58,360 bases of DNA, taken from Dysgonamonadaceae bacterium (GTDB lineage Bacteria > Bacteroidota > Bacteroidia > Bacteroidales > Azobacteroidaceae). The DNA is taken from contig JAISYG010000025.1 in the NCBI GenBank assembly GCA_031270075.1, positions 1 through 58,360 on the forward strand, written 5' to 3'. Made by a program: the position numbers and the translations under genes. Below the pieces are notes generated by a model. It was not told the origin of the DNA and ran no database searches. It saw only the letters and a list, made by a program, of their open reading frames with translations. Shown in pieces: positions 8,412 through 19,422 of the stretch (position 1 is the first letter of the stretch; the number at the start of each line of letters is the position of its first letter).

Positions 8412-10205
8412 TCACTCGCTCTCCCATGCTTTTGTTTGACTGAGCTTGTAGCCGTGGTTTGCATACTTGCCTATCTCGTCGGCCGGAACCGGACTGATGT
8501 AATTCTTTTCCGTAGGCATAATCACGCGCTGCGCTCCCGTATTTCCCAGTATGTAACCTTCTTTCGCATCGGCAGGGTCTTCCACAACGATGGATGCATC
8601 CTTGTCTTTATAATCTTCCAAGCGGATGTAGGCGCCGTAGCGGATGTCGGGATTGATTGCGTTCATCATATAGTCGAGTTTCTTCCAGCGTTTCAGGTCG
8701 TTCCGACGGAAACCTTCGTGAGCCAGTTCCACGCGGCGTTCGCGGCGGATTTCCCAGAGCAACTCCGATACGTCGTTTGCCGGGTTCAGTTGCAGGCGTT
8801 TCGGGTCGTCATATTCTTGGCCGTCGACGGCAGGCTTTCCACCGACCATCTGCAAGTGCGGCATTCCCACGCTTTTGCGGTCGCGCAACACATTGATGGT
8901 TTGGTCCAAAATGCCTTGGGTAAGCAGGCCCAGTTCGTAACAAATTTCGGCATAGTTCAGCAGCACTTCGCCCAAACGCAGGCAGGGGGCATCGGTGATG
9001 TTTTTCCCTCGTGCGTAAAGCGTGCTTGCCGGGTCGAATTTGGCATCGTCGATGTATTTATGACAGGAAAAACCCGAAATAGCAAATGATATATTGCCCA
9101 GGTTTTTCTCGCCGCGAATGTAATAGCCCGAACGGAAAATGAGAGTCAAACGCGGGTCGCGGTTAGCAAAAAAGTCGTCCGATGCAGGCGCCATCCAGTA
9201 TGCGTTGTTCCAGTAAATGGGAAACCCTTCGCTTGTAGAGAAACTTTCCGCCAGCGAACGGCTTGCGCCCTGTACCGAGAATGAAGTGGTAGTCGTTTGC
9301 ATATTGTGTTCCAAAACACCTACTGCGTATTTGCGATACATAATCACTTCGGGGTTGCTTCCCAAGTCGTCGGAGGCAAACAGCGCCTTGTAGTCGTCCG
9401 AAAGTTTGTAGGAAGTATTCGACATAACGAGTTCCGAAGCCGCTTTCGCCATTTCCAGACATTCCGTTGCTTTTGCCGCATCCAAGTTGTGGTATTTCAG
9501 GTAAGTTCCTTCGCGGAGGAGCAGTCGCGAAGCCATGGCTGCCGCCACATACTTGTTGATTTGCAGGCTTCCGTCGTTCGTTCTACAATGGTCCATTGCG
9601 TATTGGAAATCTTCCATAATTTTACCTACAACCAACGTACGCGGTTCGCGGTCTTTGTACAGGTAATCCAAATCTTCCTTTTTGTTACTTGCAACAGGCA
9701 CTTTATCCATATAAGGCACATCGCCGAAAGTAAATACCATATTGCTATAGAAAACAGCACGGAAGAAGCGCCCTACGCCCCGCCAGTGATTCACGGATGC
9801 CTCATCCAGCGGCAAGCGATCGACATTTTCGATAATGTAGTTTGCCTTGCGTATATCGGTAAAACTCCAACCGCCGCCCGATGTGGGGATGGCGTCGTTG
9901 CCGGGACTGCCGTACAGTTCGGTTTGCACTATTCCCGACATGTAGTCGTCGTTGCTTGTTTCGAAATAGAAAGTAGTCGGGTCGACCGTTCCGGTGCCGT
10001 AGCCGGGGAAAATAGAGGGATACACTCCGTACATAAATGCACGCGCCTGCGCTTCACTCTGCCAAAATTCCGTATCGTCGAACTGGTCGTAAGGCGGTCG
10101 GTCGAGAAAGTCTTCGCACGAAGTAAACGCCGGTACGAATGCACAACAAGATAGCACAAGGGCTATTTTGCCGATTCTATTTTTAATATTCTTTATCTTC
10201 TTCAT
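8412..10205 (-). CDS. susD: SusD/RagB family nutrient-binding lipoprotein
   Basis: FTSCEDFLD lipobox; RFFRAVFYSNMVFTFGDVP, LRLGEVLLNYAE, IRRERRVELAHEGFR motifs; follows SusC. Confidence 0.95.
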   Translation of the reverse strand: MKKIKNIKNRIGKIALVLSCCAFVPAFTSCEDFLDRPPYDQFDDTEFWQSEAQARAFMYGVYPSIFPGYGTGTVDPTTFYFETSNDDYMSGIVQTELYGSPGNDAIPTSGGGWSFTDIRKANYIIENVDRLPLDEASVNHWRGVGRFFRAVFYSNMVFTFGDVPYMDKVPVASNKKEDLDYLYKDREPRTLVVGKIMEDFQYAMDHCRTNDGSLQINKYVAAAMASRLLLREGTYLKYHNLDAAKATECLEMAKAASELVMSNTSYKLSDDYKALFASDDLGSNPEVIMYRKYAVGVLEHNMQTTTTSFSVQGASRSLAESFSTSEGFPIYWNNAYWMAPASDDFFANRDPRLTLIFRSGYYIRGEKNLGNISFAISGFSCHKYIDDAKFDPASTLYARGKNITDAPCLRLGEVLLNYAEICYELGLLTQGILDQTINVLRDRKSVGMPHLQMVGGKPAVDGQEYDDPKRLQLNPANDVSELLWEIRRERRVELAHEGFRRNDLKRWKKLDYMMNAINPDIRYGAYIRLEDYKDKDASIVVEDPADAKEGYILGNTGAQRVIMPTEKNYISPVPADEIGKYANHGYKLSQTKAWESE

Positions 10206-10226
10206 CTTCTTTATATATTAAAACGG

Positions 10227-13200
10227 TTAAAATTTGAGTTGAACGCCAAAGGACGCCAAGCGAGTAAACGGATAGATACGTCCAAATCCCATATTACCGC
10301 CATCGCCCGAAGAAGTTCCGGTTTCGGGGTCGAGCGGAAGGTTGCCTAAGTGGTCGAACTCAGCAACGTTTTCCAAACTGGCGTAAACGCGCAGGCGTTC
10401 GATTTTCGCTTTCTGCAACAGTTGAGCAGGAAGGGTATAACCCAGCGTAATATTCTTGATACGGAAGTAAGACATATCGAGCAAATACTTTGTTTGCGGC
10501 ATAAAGTTCAATGCTGCGGCGCGGGTATATTGAGTCGGCTGGCTGTACGGAGTCAGACGCGGATAAAAGGCATTCGTATTATCCGTCGTCCAGTAATCGG
10601 TCTGGTGTTCGTAAAAAGTAGCTTCTGCATTGTTCCAGCCCGGAATAATCATCGTGCCTGTAGCCCAATAGTCGCGTTTGCCGACACCCTGAATGAACAA
10701 TTCAAAATCAACTCCTTTCCATTCCAGGCTCAGGCGGCTGTTGTATTCGTACCGCGGTGTGGTATTGCCAATCCGTTTCATATCGCCCGGATTTTCAGGA
10801 GTGTTGTCGCCCCAGTCGATCTTGCCGTCTTTGCTCAAATCCTTGTACTTGACGTCGCCCGGCTGATAGTTGAACCAGCCATAAGCCGATTCTATCCTTG
10901 CTTGCGAAGCAACGCCCGGCGCCATTTGCGTAACACCGTCTACCACTATGTGGTTTCCATCGGCATCATGCGCAAAATCGGCTTCGGTGAAGAAGCGATC
11001 GGTTTCAAATCCCCAGATTTCGCCGTAGATTTTACCCTTGTAATTGCTTCCGTCGATGGCAGTTCCCAATCCGTTGCGATGCTGGGTAATGGTGGCGAGT
11101 GCGTCCGATACATTGGCGGTAAGGCCCAGTTTCAAACCGTTGGCGAACGTATGGCGAAAGTCGACACCGATTTCCCAACCATTGGTTGTCAGTTCGCCGA
11201 TGTTGGTCATCGGAGCGCTGGCTCCGAAAAACGCAGGCACTTCTTCGCCCGAAGCAATCATGTTCTTGTTTTTACGTTGAAACAGATCGGCGCTCAGCCC
11301 CAACTTATCGTTGAAGAAACGCAGGTCAAGCCCCAGGTTTTTCGATTCGATGGTTTCCCAGGTAAAATTGGGCGAAATGGCTGCAGGCATCCCGAAGGTT
11401 TTTTCGTTGCCGCTGATCACCCAACCGGAATTGACTCCCGATGCAAGCAAGGCACGGAACCGGTTATCGCCCACGGCCTGGTTGCCCACGCTACCGTAAG
11501 AGGCGCGAAGTTTACCGAAACTCACCACCGGCTGCAGCGGTTCCATGAATGATTCGCCGGTAAACACCCATCCGAGCGATCCCGATGGGAAGAAGGCGAA
11601 TTGCTGGTTGACGGGAAATTTCGACGAGCCGTCGTAACGCCCGTTCAATTCCACTAAGTAACGGTCGGCAAACGAATAGTTGATACGTCCGAAAAAGCCT
11701 AAAATAGCCCAGGAGGTATGCGAGCCATCAAGAAATTCACCCTGATTGAATGTCGGGTAACCTGCGGCGTCGTAAGTAGTGTTGTTGCCGGTAGCCAAAT
11801 CAATTTCAGGTTTACTGAAATCAAGCAATCCCAGTTTCCATCCGTTCAGCATACGAACTTCCTTCTGTTCGATATTCGTACCTGCAAATGCACTTATTTT
11901 GTGCAACCGAATGTCTTTCTTGTAGCGCAATACGGCGTTGCCCGCATGATAATCGCGGTGGTAAAAATACTGGTCGACTTTATTGCGTCCTGCCGCCGCC
12001 CAGTTTTTGGTTTCTACAATTTGTCCCGTACTCCAAAAGTCCCAACCGCCGACTTCGCCGCCACGCTGAATAATCATTTGGTCGTCTTTGTTGAAAGTAT
12101 AATCGAGGTCTAACGAAAGTCCTTTGATAATATCAATCGTTGCTCCTACCGAAGCGCGTATATAGTCTTTCGTATCCATATCGTAGTTTGCAGCCGCCAC
12201 TTCGGTTATGGAATTGTGGAACGGTTTGCCCTGATAGGTTCCGTAAGGCATAATGGAAGGCCAGCGGTAGAGATAATACAGGGCATCGTAAGTAACCGAA
12301 TTGAAATTAAACGGTGTTTCCAGATTGGTGCGCGAAAAGAGGAATTTGCCGCGTGCCGTTATCCGGTCGTTTACCCGGGTATCCACATTCAGGTTTACAC
12401 TGTAACGGTCGAATTCGTCGGGTTTTACTTTCACTACACCTCCCTGCCCCATATAGCCGATGCCGAGATAGATATTGGTCTTTCCCGTCGAGCCGCTTAC
12501 CGAAAGGTTGTGTTGCTGGCTGGCGCTGTACTCCTTCATATAGAGGTCGGCAGCATCGAACGAGCGGTAGAAGTAAGTGGTACCGCTTAGGGTTTCAAAG
12601 TCGCGTCCATAAACCATTTCGGGACTGAGGTTCAATCCGCCGTATACGCGTTCCCATTCTTTCATCCGATCAATACTTTCGTCGTTCCATATCAACATAT
12701 TGGTACTTTGATACGAAACGGCTCCGGGCGAGCTGCGGCGACGCATTTCCAGCGCCATGCCGGCGCCTTCGTACGATTTCGCCATTTGCGGAAGCACCGT
12801 CGGCTTAGCCCACGAGAAGTTGTTGGAGTAATTGACGGTATATTTATCCTTGCTGCTGCCTTTCTTCGTCGTAATAAGCACTACGCCAAAGGCCGCGCGC
12901 GTTCCGTAAATAGACGACGAAGCGGCATCTTTCAATACCGAAATCTCCGCCACATCGTCGGGATTCACCAGCGACAGGTCGGATATTTCCACGCCATCCA
13001 GCAAGATAAGCGGATTGGAAGAGCCTCCGTCGATAATCGTGCCTATCTGACCACGGATTTTAATCACAGGCGTCGAGCCGATACGCCCCGAACTGCTGGT
13101 TACCGTCAAACCCGGCACAGAGCCTTGCAGTCCGCGACCCAAGTCGGGCAAGGGACGGCCTTCCAATTGCTTGGCAACGTCCACAGTACCTACCGCACCC

Positions 13201-13607
13201 GTCAGGTTGGCCTTGCGCTGGGTATCGTAACCCACCACAACCACTTCGTTCAGCACATTGTTGTCTTCCAACAGTTGCACATCGACCACGCTACGGTTGC
13301 CGACCGTTTCTTCCTTACTCACATAGCCGATATAGGAAAAGCGCAGAACCGCCGAGCGGCCGGAAACCGAAAGCTCGTAGTTGCCGTCGAGGTCGGTGGA
13401 CGTCCCTACGGATGTGCCTTTGACCATTACGGTTACGCCTATCAGCGATTCGCCCGAGGCGTCGGTTACTTTTCCTTTTACCGTTGCATTGCCGGTTTGG
13501 GCATGGCTTGCCATGCCTCCTCCCAGCAACAGAAACAGGAACATCACGAGTGATGTCCGGATAATACGCAGCACAGATTGGCTGCTACTGATTGATTGAT
13601 AACTCAT
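10227..13607 (-). CDS. susC: SusC/RagA TonB-dependent outer-membrane transporter
   Basis: VKGKVTD N-terminal domain, LNEVVVVGY, VLKDAASSSIYGTRAAFGVVLITTK plug motif, C-terminal F. Confidence 0.97.
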   Translation of the reverse strand: MSYQSISSSQSVLRIIRTSLVMFLFLLLGGGMASHAQTGNATVKGKVTDASGESLIGVTVMVKGTSVGTSTDLDGNYELSVSGRSAVLRFSYIGYVSKEETVGNRSVVDVQLLEDNNVLNEVVVVGYDTQRKANLTGAVGTVDVAKQLEGRPLPDLGRGLQGSVPGLTVTSSSGRIGSTPVIKIRGQIGTIIDGGSSNPLILLDGVEISDLSLVNPDDVAEISVLKDAASSSIYGTRAAFGVVLITTKKGSSKDKYTVNYSNNFSWAKPTVLPQMAKSYEGAGMALEMRRRSSPGAVSYQSTNMLIWNDESIDRMKEWERVYGGLNLSPEMVYGRDFETLSGTTYFYRSFDAADLYMKEYSASQQHNLSVSGSTGKTNIYLGIGYMGQGGVVKVKPDEFDRYSVNLNVDTRVNDRITARGKFLFSRTNLETPFNFNSVTYDALYYLYRWPSIMPYGTYQGKPFHNSITEVAAANYDMDTKDYIRASVGATIDIIKGLSLDLDYTFNKDDQMIIQRGGEVGGWDFWSTGQIVETKNWAAAGRNKVDQYFYHRDYHAGNAVLRYKKDIRLHKISAFAGTNIEQKEVRMLNGWKLGLLDFSKPEIDLATGNNTTYDAAGYPTFNQGEFLDGSHTSWAILGFFGRINYSFADRYLVELNGRYDGSSKFPVNQQFAFFPSGSLGWVFTGESFMEPLQPVVSFGKLRASYGSVGNQAVGDNRFRALLASGVNSGWVISGNEKTFGMPAAISPNFTWETIESKNLGLDLRFFNDKLGLSADLFQRKNKNMIASGEEVPAFFGASAPMTNIGELTTNGWEIGVDFRHTFANGLKLGLTANVSDALATITQHRNGLGTAIDGSNYKGKIYGEIWGFETDRFFTEADFAHDADGNHIVVDGVTQMAPGVASQARIESAYGWFNYQPGDVKYKDLSKDGKIDWGDNTPENPGDMKRIGNTTPRYEYNSRLSLEWKGVDFELFIQGVGKRDYWATGTMIIPGWNNAEATFYEHQTDYWTTDNTNAFYPRLTPYSQPTQYTRAAALNFMPQTKYLLDMSYFRIKNITLGYTLPAQLLQKAKIERLRVYASLENVAEFDHLGNLPLDPETGTSSGDGGNMGFGRIYPFTRLASFGVQLKF

Positions 13608-13622
13608 AAATTATTAAATAAA

Positions 13623-16600
13623 TTATTGATAAAATGAATGAACTGCTATTTTTTGAATCGTACGAGCGCCGTCCACCTGGACTTCGACAAGGTAAACGCC
13701 TTTTCCCGGAACGGCTATCGAATATTCGGTATTCGAAAGGCCTTGTTTCGAGTCCATCGTCCGTCCCTGCAAATCATAGAGTTTGACGGCTTGCATCCGG
13801 TTACCGGAAAGCACGGTGATTATCCACCGGTTGCCTTCCTGAACGATCCGGATATCGCCGGTATTTACCGCCTTGATAGGGTTGGGAAGTGTTGTGAAAG
13901 CCTCGCCTTCAAAGGCGCCTGCATAGGCCAGCGTTGTGCTGCGCGGTGTTCCGTAAATATCCGCAGGCACTTCTTCCAGAGGCGTTACACCCAGATCCCA
14001 ATCGTTGATGGAGGCTCCGGTCAGGTCGAGGATACCGGCAGCGGCATCTTCAAACACGACGCTGTCTACCGTTTTCAAATCGGCGGGAACCGTACCCGTA
14101 GCCATTCTGGCTTTTGTAGTTCCGGCTTGCAAACAGAATACGTTATTGCCGGTCGCTTCGGGAGCGTCGCCACGGATAAAATAGTTGGCGCAGGCGTCTT
14201 CGTCGCTGACAAACAGATTATTCTGGATGACCGGCGTTCCGGCAGCGATGTTGATAGCACTGTAAGTCGGCGCGGCGGCTCCTGTGCCGGTGTTGGTCGG
14301 CTTGTTTGTCAGTGCATTCAGATGGAATGTATTATGACGGATGTAGCTTCCCGCCAAAGTTCCCAAGCGAATGGCTTGCAACATCGATGTACTTACCGTC
14401 GAAGCGGTTTTGTCGAAACCGGTAAAGTAATTGTTCTCGATATACCAGACACTCTTTTCTCCTCCGGTAATAATGGCTTTGATACCGTAATCGCCGGCGT
14501 TGGTGTTGGCCGTTTTCAGTTCGACAAATTTGTTTTGTGTAACATAAAACGTGCCTTCGACGCGGGTATTGGCGAAAATGGCCGAACTGAGCAAGCCACC
14601 GGAGGTTTGATTGATATGAAATTCGTTTCCGGTAATTTCCATGCCCTTGCTATCGTTCACAAAGATGCCGCGCGTACGCGCCCGGATAATGTTGTCTTTC
14701 ACTACAATACCGGAAGCGGAGGCCATGGGCACGGCGTCGGCATAGACACCAATTCCCTGCGATGCGGCGCCTGTGGTATTGATGATTTCGTTGTTTTCGA
14801 TACATACATTTTGGGGCATCCATCGCGCACTGCTGTTGCCGATAACCATCGGATTCGGATTGGTTCTTAGATAAATACCATAGGTGCTGCTGTTGGTTGG
14901 CCGGCCGATGTGTTCGACGATGCAGTTCTTAATGGTAATATCCGTCGATTTGTCCAGAATCAGTATCGGGAAGTTGCCTGCGTAGTGGGTGGCAGCTGTT
15001 GTGATTTTCAACCGCCGAGTCGAACCGCCTTCGGCATACCCGTCAATGGTGATGTGCTGGGCCGGAGCGACGTCTTTCCATCGGATGCTGTTTCGGATAC
15101 CCAAGCAGAGCGAACCCCAGGGGCCAACGTTGTCGAACGTTTGGTTGAAGGTGATTGTGCGGTCTTCGTCTGCATCGGGGCGAATGGTGATGGAATAGTC
15201 GGTATTGTTGGTCAATCCCACGTTTACGGGCGACTCAATGTCGGCGGCAATCAGCAGCGTAACATCGCCCGAAATACCGGCTATGTTGATGTCTTCGAAA
15301 GCGTCCCGCAATGTGTTCCAACCCCGCTGTTCGCCGGTGTTCGGAATATAATACTCGCCCGCTATGGTACCCGAAACATATCCGGTAATCACATCGGTTT
15401 TTTTCGGAGCGGTGATGTAGCGGACGTCGCCATCTTCCCATATCTGATTCGTTAACGGAACAAAATAGTTGTACGCAGAGGCGGTTCCGTATTTACTGCC
15501 GTCGTAATCACCCAAAACGCCGACGAATGTATTATTGTCCGTTAGGGTCAATTCAAAATAAAACGACGTGTTCTCGTGGTCGGTGATGTGTGAATACAAC
15601 TGTAAAGGAACTGTAACGCCTTCGGCAAAAGTAACTTCAAACACGATTTTCCTTACACGGAACCAATAGGGAATCTCATCAAAGGTTTCGTCGCCCGAAA
15701 CAATCGTCCGGTATTCCGTACGCGCCTCTGCCGCCGGACTGTCCTCGGGCATTATTCCCTCCACATAGTCCCAATCGCCTTTTTCGCAGAGGTAGAGGTA
15801 TTCTACTCCGTCTTCGCAGGGGAATCGTCCCGAAAACTCGTTCGGGTTGCCGGTAGGAGTTAATTCGTAGGGCTTGACGATGTTCCATGTTTTAGTGGTG
15901 AAGGTGCCGGCGATGTAAACGTGTTCGGTACCCTCGGGCGCGATGACGGTGAAGGTCTTTTTCGGCATGTTGGTGTCGAACAGGTCACCTTCGAAAGCGC
16001 CGGCGTAAGTGAGCGGTGTGTTGCGATCGCTGCCGTGAATGTCTTTGGGAATGGCCGACAGGAAAGGTACGGCTAAATTCCCGTCGCCATCGGAAGCGCC
16101 GGTTAAGTCCAGGTTGCCGGCGGCGGCGTTGGTGAATTCAACCTCTGGAATCGTAACATTCGTTCCGGTTATGATTCCAGTGGAAATCTGGGCTTGCGCG
16201 TTATCGTTTGCGATGGTAAATACATTGTTGTTTGCTGTGGCATCGCCGCGGATGAAGAAATTCTGAGCGGCATCGTATTCGCTGACAAACAAGTTGTTTT
16301 CGATGGTAGGCGTACCGGCGGCAATATCAATGCCTGCATACATAGGAGCATTGCTTGCAGGAGTTGCCGAATTGCCTGTCGGCGCATACGAAAGCGCATT
16401 CAAGTAGAACGTATTGTGGCGGATATAAACAGCAGACAAAGCGCTACGGATAGCAACTAACGTTATCTGCGTACCGCCGCTCAATGTCTTGTCAAATCCC
16501 GTGAAATAGTTGTTCTCAATATACCAGGTCGATCCGGTATTTCCGGTGGTCATACCCTTAATTCCGTAGTCGCCTGCCGTGGAATTATTGGATTTTAATT

Positions 16601-19409
16601 CAACAAACTTATTTCTCTGAACTTTTACCGTACCGACTACTCCGCCGGCAGGATAAATTCCATAAGTGATACCACCACTCGGTGCACCTGTAATATGAAT
16701 TTCGTTACCAATAATATCCACTCCATCCATGTATCCTATATAGAGAGCATGTGACTTTGATGTGATTGTATTGTCTTTAATGATGATGCCTGTTGAAACG
16801 TTTGCCGCCGTTGGCGCTGTAACCGCAGCGTCTTTGGTAAATCCAATACCGCGTGTATTCGTATTACTTGCACTGTTATTGATAATATCATTATTTTCAA
16901 TCAGGATATTCGAGGGGAATTTGCCTGTATAATTGTTCCCAGCTCTTACCCATACGGTGTAAATACCGGAAGTATTGGCCGCAGGTGCATGCTCCAAAAT
17001 ACAGTTCTTGATTTGAATATCGGAACAGCCATTGATAATGGCAATGGGACTATTCCATTTGTCCTGCGTTGCAGTTGTCCTGATAGCAAGACGGCGGGTC
17101 GAATCACCTTGGGCATATCCATCAATCGTAATGTTTTTGGAAGAAACGGTATTCTCCCATGTTTTTGTAACGCCTATACCGGCAACACCAATGCAAATAG
17201 CGCCGGAGGGATCGGTATCAACCGGGTCGCTGAATGTTATCGTCCGGTTCTCGTCGGCATCCGGACGAATGGTAATGCTGTAATCGGTAGTATTGATCAA
17301 TCCTACGTTCTGCGTTTCGGTCATATCCGCAGTAATCAACAAGGTTAGATCGCCTGTGATGCCCAGCGCGTTGATATCGTCGAAAGCTTCGTGCAGACTG
17401 CTCCATCCCTGCTGTACGCCGCTTGCAGGAATATAATGGGTGCCCGACAGGCCTGCCCAGACGAAGCCCATAATCACATCGTTCGTCATAGCGGGGGTAG
17501 TAGCGATGCGGCCGACATGGTCTTCCAATACGTCGGTCGAAACCGGGATAAAGTACTTGTAGGTGGTATTCGTCCGGAACTTATCGCCGGCGTTTCCGCC
17601 ATACGAGCCTGTGTAGCTGTTTCCCGACCGGGTGAGCGCAGCATCACCCGATGCAGTTCCGGCGTTGGGCCATACGCGCACCGAGAGCCGGTTCTTCACC
17701 GGTACTGCGGCGTCGAACGATACTTCGAAGTGTATTTTCTTTACGTTGTACCAATAGGGAATTACGTCGGTAGTTGCATCGCCCGTTGCGATGGTTCGGT
17801 TAGTGGCAAGCGAATCGGCCGGTTGGCCCGGCGCGCCGGCAACGCCTTCGATATAATCGCGGTCGCCTGTTTCGCAGAAATACTTATACTCCACACCATC
17901 CACACAGGGGAACTTACCCGAAAACTCGTTCGGATTGGCGGTAGGCTGCAACTGGTAAGGATTCGTAATGTCCCACGATTTGTCGGTAAAATCACCTGCA
18001 ATATACACCCGTTCCGTTCCGTTGGGTACGGTTACGGTGAAGGTTTTTTGCGGCGGGGGAAGAATGGCAGTAGTTACTACAACCTTTTGAGCGGTTGGCG
18101 CTGGGGTGGTAAAGGTATTGGCGGTTTTGGGAAGCGCAAATACCCTCAATCGTTCCGTGTTGTTGTCAATCGCATACAAATTCATTGCTTTGTCAAAATC
18201 GATTGCTCTTGCATACGCACCGGTTCCTGTGGAAACCGACCACTTATCTGTTAATGCAGGGTGGCCGTTGGTATCGTACGTTACCGACCATATTTTTATC
18301 GTTCCCTGTGTTGTTCCTAATGCCAACAACTCCTCACTTCCTGTGTTGAGATAAGCCATACCACCTTGATAGGTACTTTGAAACGTTGTACCTGAATTAT
18401 AATCAACAGTACCGGTAGTTGTATTGTAATGAATTAAACAAGGAATAGCACCATTGGAAGAACTTCCTGCTCTATGCTGTGAAATCCACCAACCGCCGCG
18501 ACCATCGGGACAAATGGCATTGTGTGATAGATTTTGCTGTAAATTGCCATTGGAAATATCATTATAAATAACGGTTGCCGTTGGAGTAGCAGGAATTGTA
18601 CTTATATCATACTTGTTGATATTTCCGCCGCTACTCACATCAAAAACATATAAAAATCCATTATATAATATAACGTGAGTTGATTTGACGGAATTGCCAC
18701 TAAAAACAGGCGTAAAATTACTTGACGGACTGGCGGGATCTAAAATATACACATTGGGCGAAGCGCCTACATCGGCCAAATATACTTTTCCGTCAGGAGC
18801 AACGAAAACGCGGTCTAAAGAATGAGCGGTAGTTGTTGCTCCCCATGTTACACCGCCGGCATAGGCTGTTGCACCCTGATTAGTAACATCTTCCAATAAA
18901 GTATTTAGAATATAAACGCCTGTTGTCGTTGTTCGCGTCGGATTTGGAGTTCCTGCCGTAACCGTACCTCCGGATCCTTCTGAGGCATAAATCCGTCCAA
19001 AGAAAGGACTGTTAAAATGATTGTCAACAGCTATGCCGCGAGGTCCCCAAAACAAGAAACGCGGCTCATCCGTCGAGATTTTTACAGGGCTACCGGGGCT
19101 TGCGCTTGCACCCGTCGCCTGCACCGACCAATCATAATCGCCCACTGCGGCATCTGTCAACCGCTGTGTTACCGTATGGAGGCCTTTCGTCAGGTCGCTT
19201 GCGGTTGTGATCGTAAACTCGTCGCCATTGTCAACGGTAATCTTTACCTGCGAGGCATTGGCATTTAGAGTATAAGTGAACTGCACATCACCATTCGCAT
19301 CCGCGGCCGATGCTTGCAGGCCGGAAGCGTAAATATTGGGTTGCGTTTGTGCGTAACCCGAAGTTACGCACAGAGCAACCGTTAATAATAAGAAAAATAG
19401 TTTTTTCAC
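13623..19409 (-). CDS. 1928-aa T9SS-secreted protein: N-terminal Ig/beta-propeller module plus two tandem (CBM-like + parallel beta-helix) units
   Basis: GTG start, signal peptide, duplicated KTFTV..VYIAG.F..K.W and YAGAFEG motifs, Asn/Ile-rich beta-helix repeats, tail LYDLQGR...GVYLVEV. Confidence 0.8.
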   Translation of the reverse strand: MKKLFFLLLTVALCVTSGYAQTQPNIYASGLQASAADANGDVQFTYTLNANASQVKITVDNGDEFTITTASDLTKGLHTVTQRLTDAAVGDYDWSVQATGASASPGSPVKISTDEPRFLFWGPRGIAVDNHFNSPFFGRIYASEGSGGTVTAGTPNPTRTTTTGVYILNTLLEDVTNQGATAYAGGVTWGATTTAHSLDRVFVAPDGKVYLADVGASPNVYILDPASPSSNFTPVFSGNSVKSTHVILYNGFLYVFDVSSGGNINKYDISTIPATPTATVIYNDISNGNLQQNLSHNAICPDGRGGWWISQHRAGSSSNGAIPCLIHYNTTTGTVDYNSGTTFQSTYQGGMAYLNTGSEELLALGTTQGTIKIWSVTYDTNGHPALTDKWSVSTGTGAYARAIDFDKAMNLYAIDNNTERLRVFALPKTANTFTTPAPTAQKVVVTTAILPPPQKTFTVTVPNGTERVYIAGDFTDKSWDITNPYQLQPTANPNEFSGKFPCVDGVEYKYFCETGDRDYIEGVAGAPGQPADSLATNRTIATGDATTDVIPYWYNVKKIHFEVSFDAAVPVKNRLSVRVWPNAGTASGDAALTRSGNSYTGSYGGNAGDKFRTNTTYKYFIPVSTDVLEDHVGRIATTPAMTNDVIMGFVWAGLSGTHYIPASGVQQGWSSLHEAFDDINALGITGDLTLLITADMTETQNVGLINTTDYSITIRPDADENRTITFSDPVDTDPSGAICIGVAGIGVTKTWENTVSSKNITIDGYAQGDSTRRLAIRTTATQDKWNSPIAIINGCSDIQIKNCILEHAPAANTSGIYTVWVRAGNNYTGKFPSNILIENNDIINNSASNTNTRGIGFTKDAAVTAPTAANVSTGIIIKDNTITSKSHALYIGYMDGVDIIGNEIHITGAPSGGITYGIYPAGGVVGTVKVQRNKFVELKSNNSTAGDYGIKGMTTGNTGSTWYIENNYFTGFDKTLSGGTQITLVAIRSALSAVYIRHNTFYLNALSYAPTGNSATPASNAPMYAGIDIAAGTPTIENNLFVSEYDAAQNFFIRGDATANNNVFTIANDNAQAQISTGIITGTNVTIPEVEFTNAAAGNLDLTGASDGDGNLAVPFLSAIPKDIHGSDRNTPLTYAGAFEGDLFDTNMPKKTFTVIAPEGTEHVYIAGTFTTKTWNIVKPYELTPTGNPNEFSGRFPCEDGVEYLYLCEKGDWDYVEGIMPEDSPAAEARTEYRTIVSGDETFDEIPYWFRVRKIVFEVTFAEGVTVPLQLYSHITDHENTSFYFELTLTDNNTFVGVLGDYDGSKYGTASAYNYFVPLTNQIWEDGDVRYITAPKKTDVITGYVSGTIAGEYYIPNTGEQRGWNTLRDAFEDINIAGISGDVTLLIAADIESPVNVGLTNNTDYSITIRPDADEDRTITFNQTFDNVGPWGSLCLGIRNSIRWKDVAPAQHITIDGYAEGGSTRRLKITTAATHYAGNFPILILDKSTDITIKNCIVEHIGRPTNSSTYGIYLRTNPNPMVIGNSSARWMPQNVCIENNEIINTTGAASQGIGVYADAVPMASASGIVVKDNIIRARTRGIFVNDSKGMEITGNEFHINQTSGGLLSSAIFANTRVEGTFYVTQNKFVELKTANTNAGDYGIKAIITGGEKSVWYIENNYFTGFDKTASTVSTSMLQAIRLGTLAGSYIRHNTFHLNALTNKPTNTGTGAAAPTYSAINIAAGTPVIQNNLFVSDEDACANYFIRGDAPEATGNNVFCLQAGTTKARMATGTVPADLKTVDSVVFEDAAAGILDLTGASINDWDLGVTPLEEVPADIYGTPRSTTLAYAGAFEGEAFTTLPNPIKAVNTGDIRIVQEGNRWIITVLSGNRMQAVKLYDLQGRTMDSKQGLSNTEYSIAVPGKGVYLVEVQVDGARTIQKIAVHSFYQ

Positions 19410-19422
19410 AATCGTTAATCAT

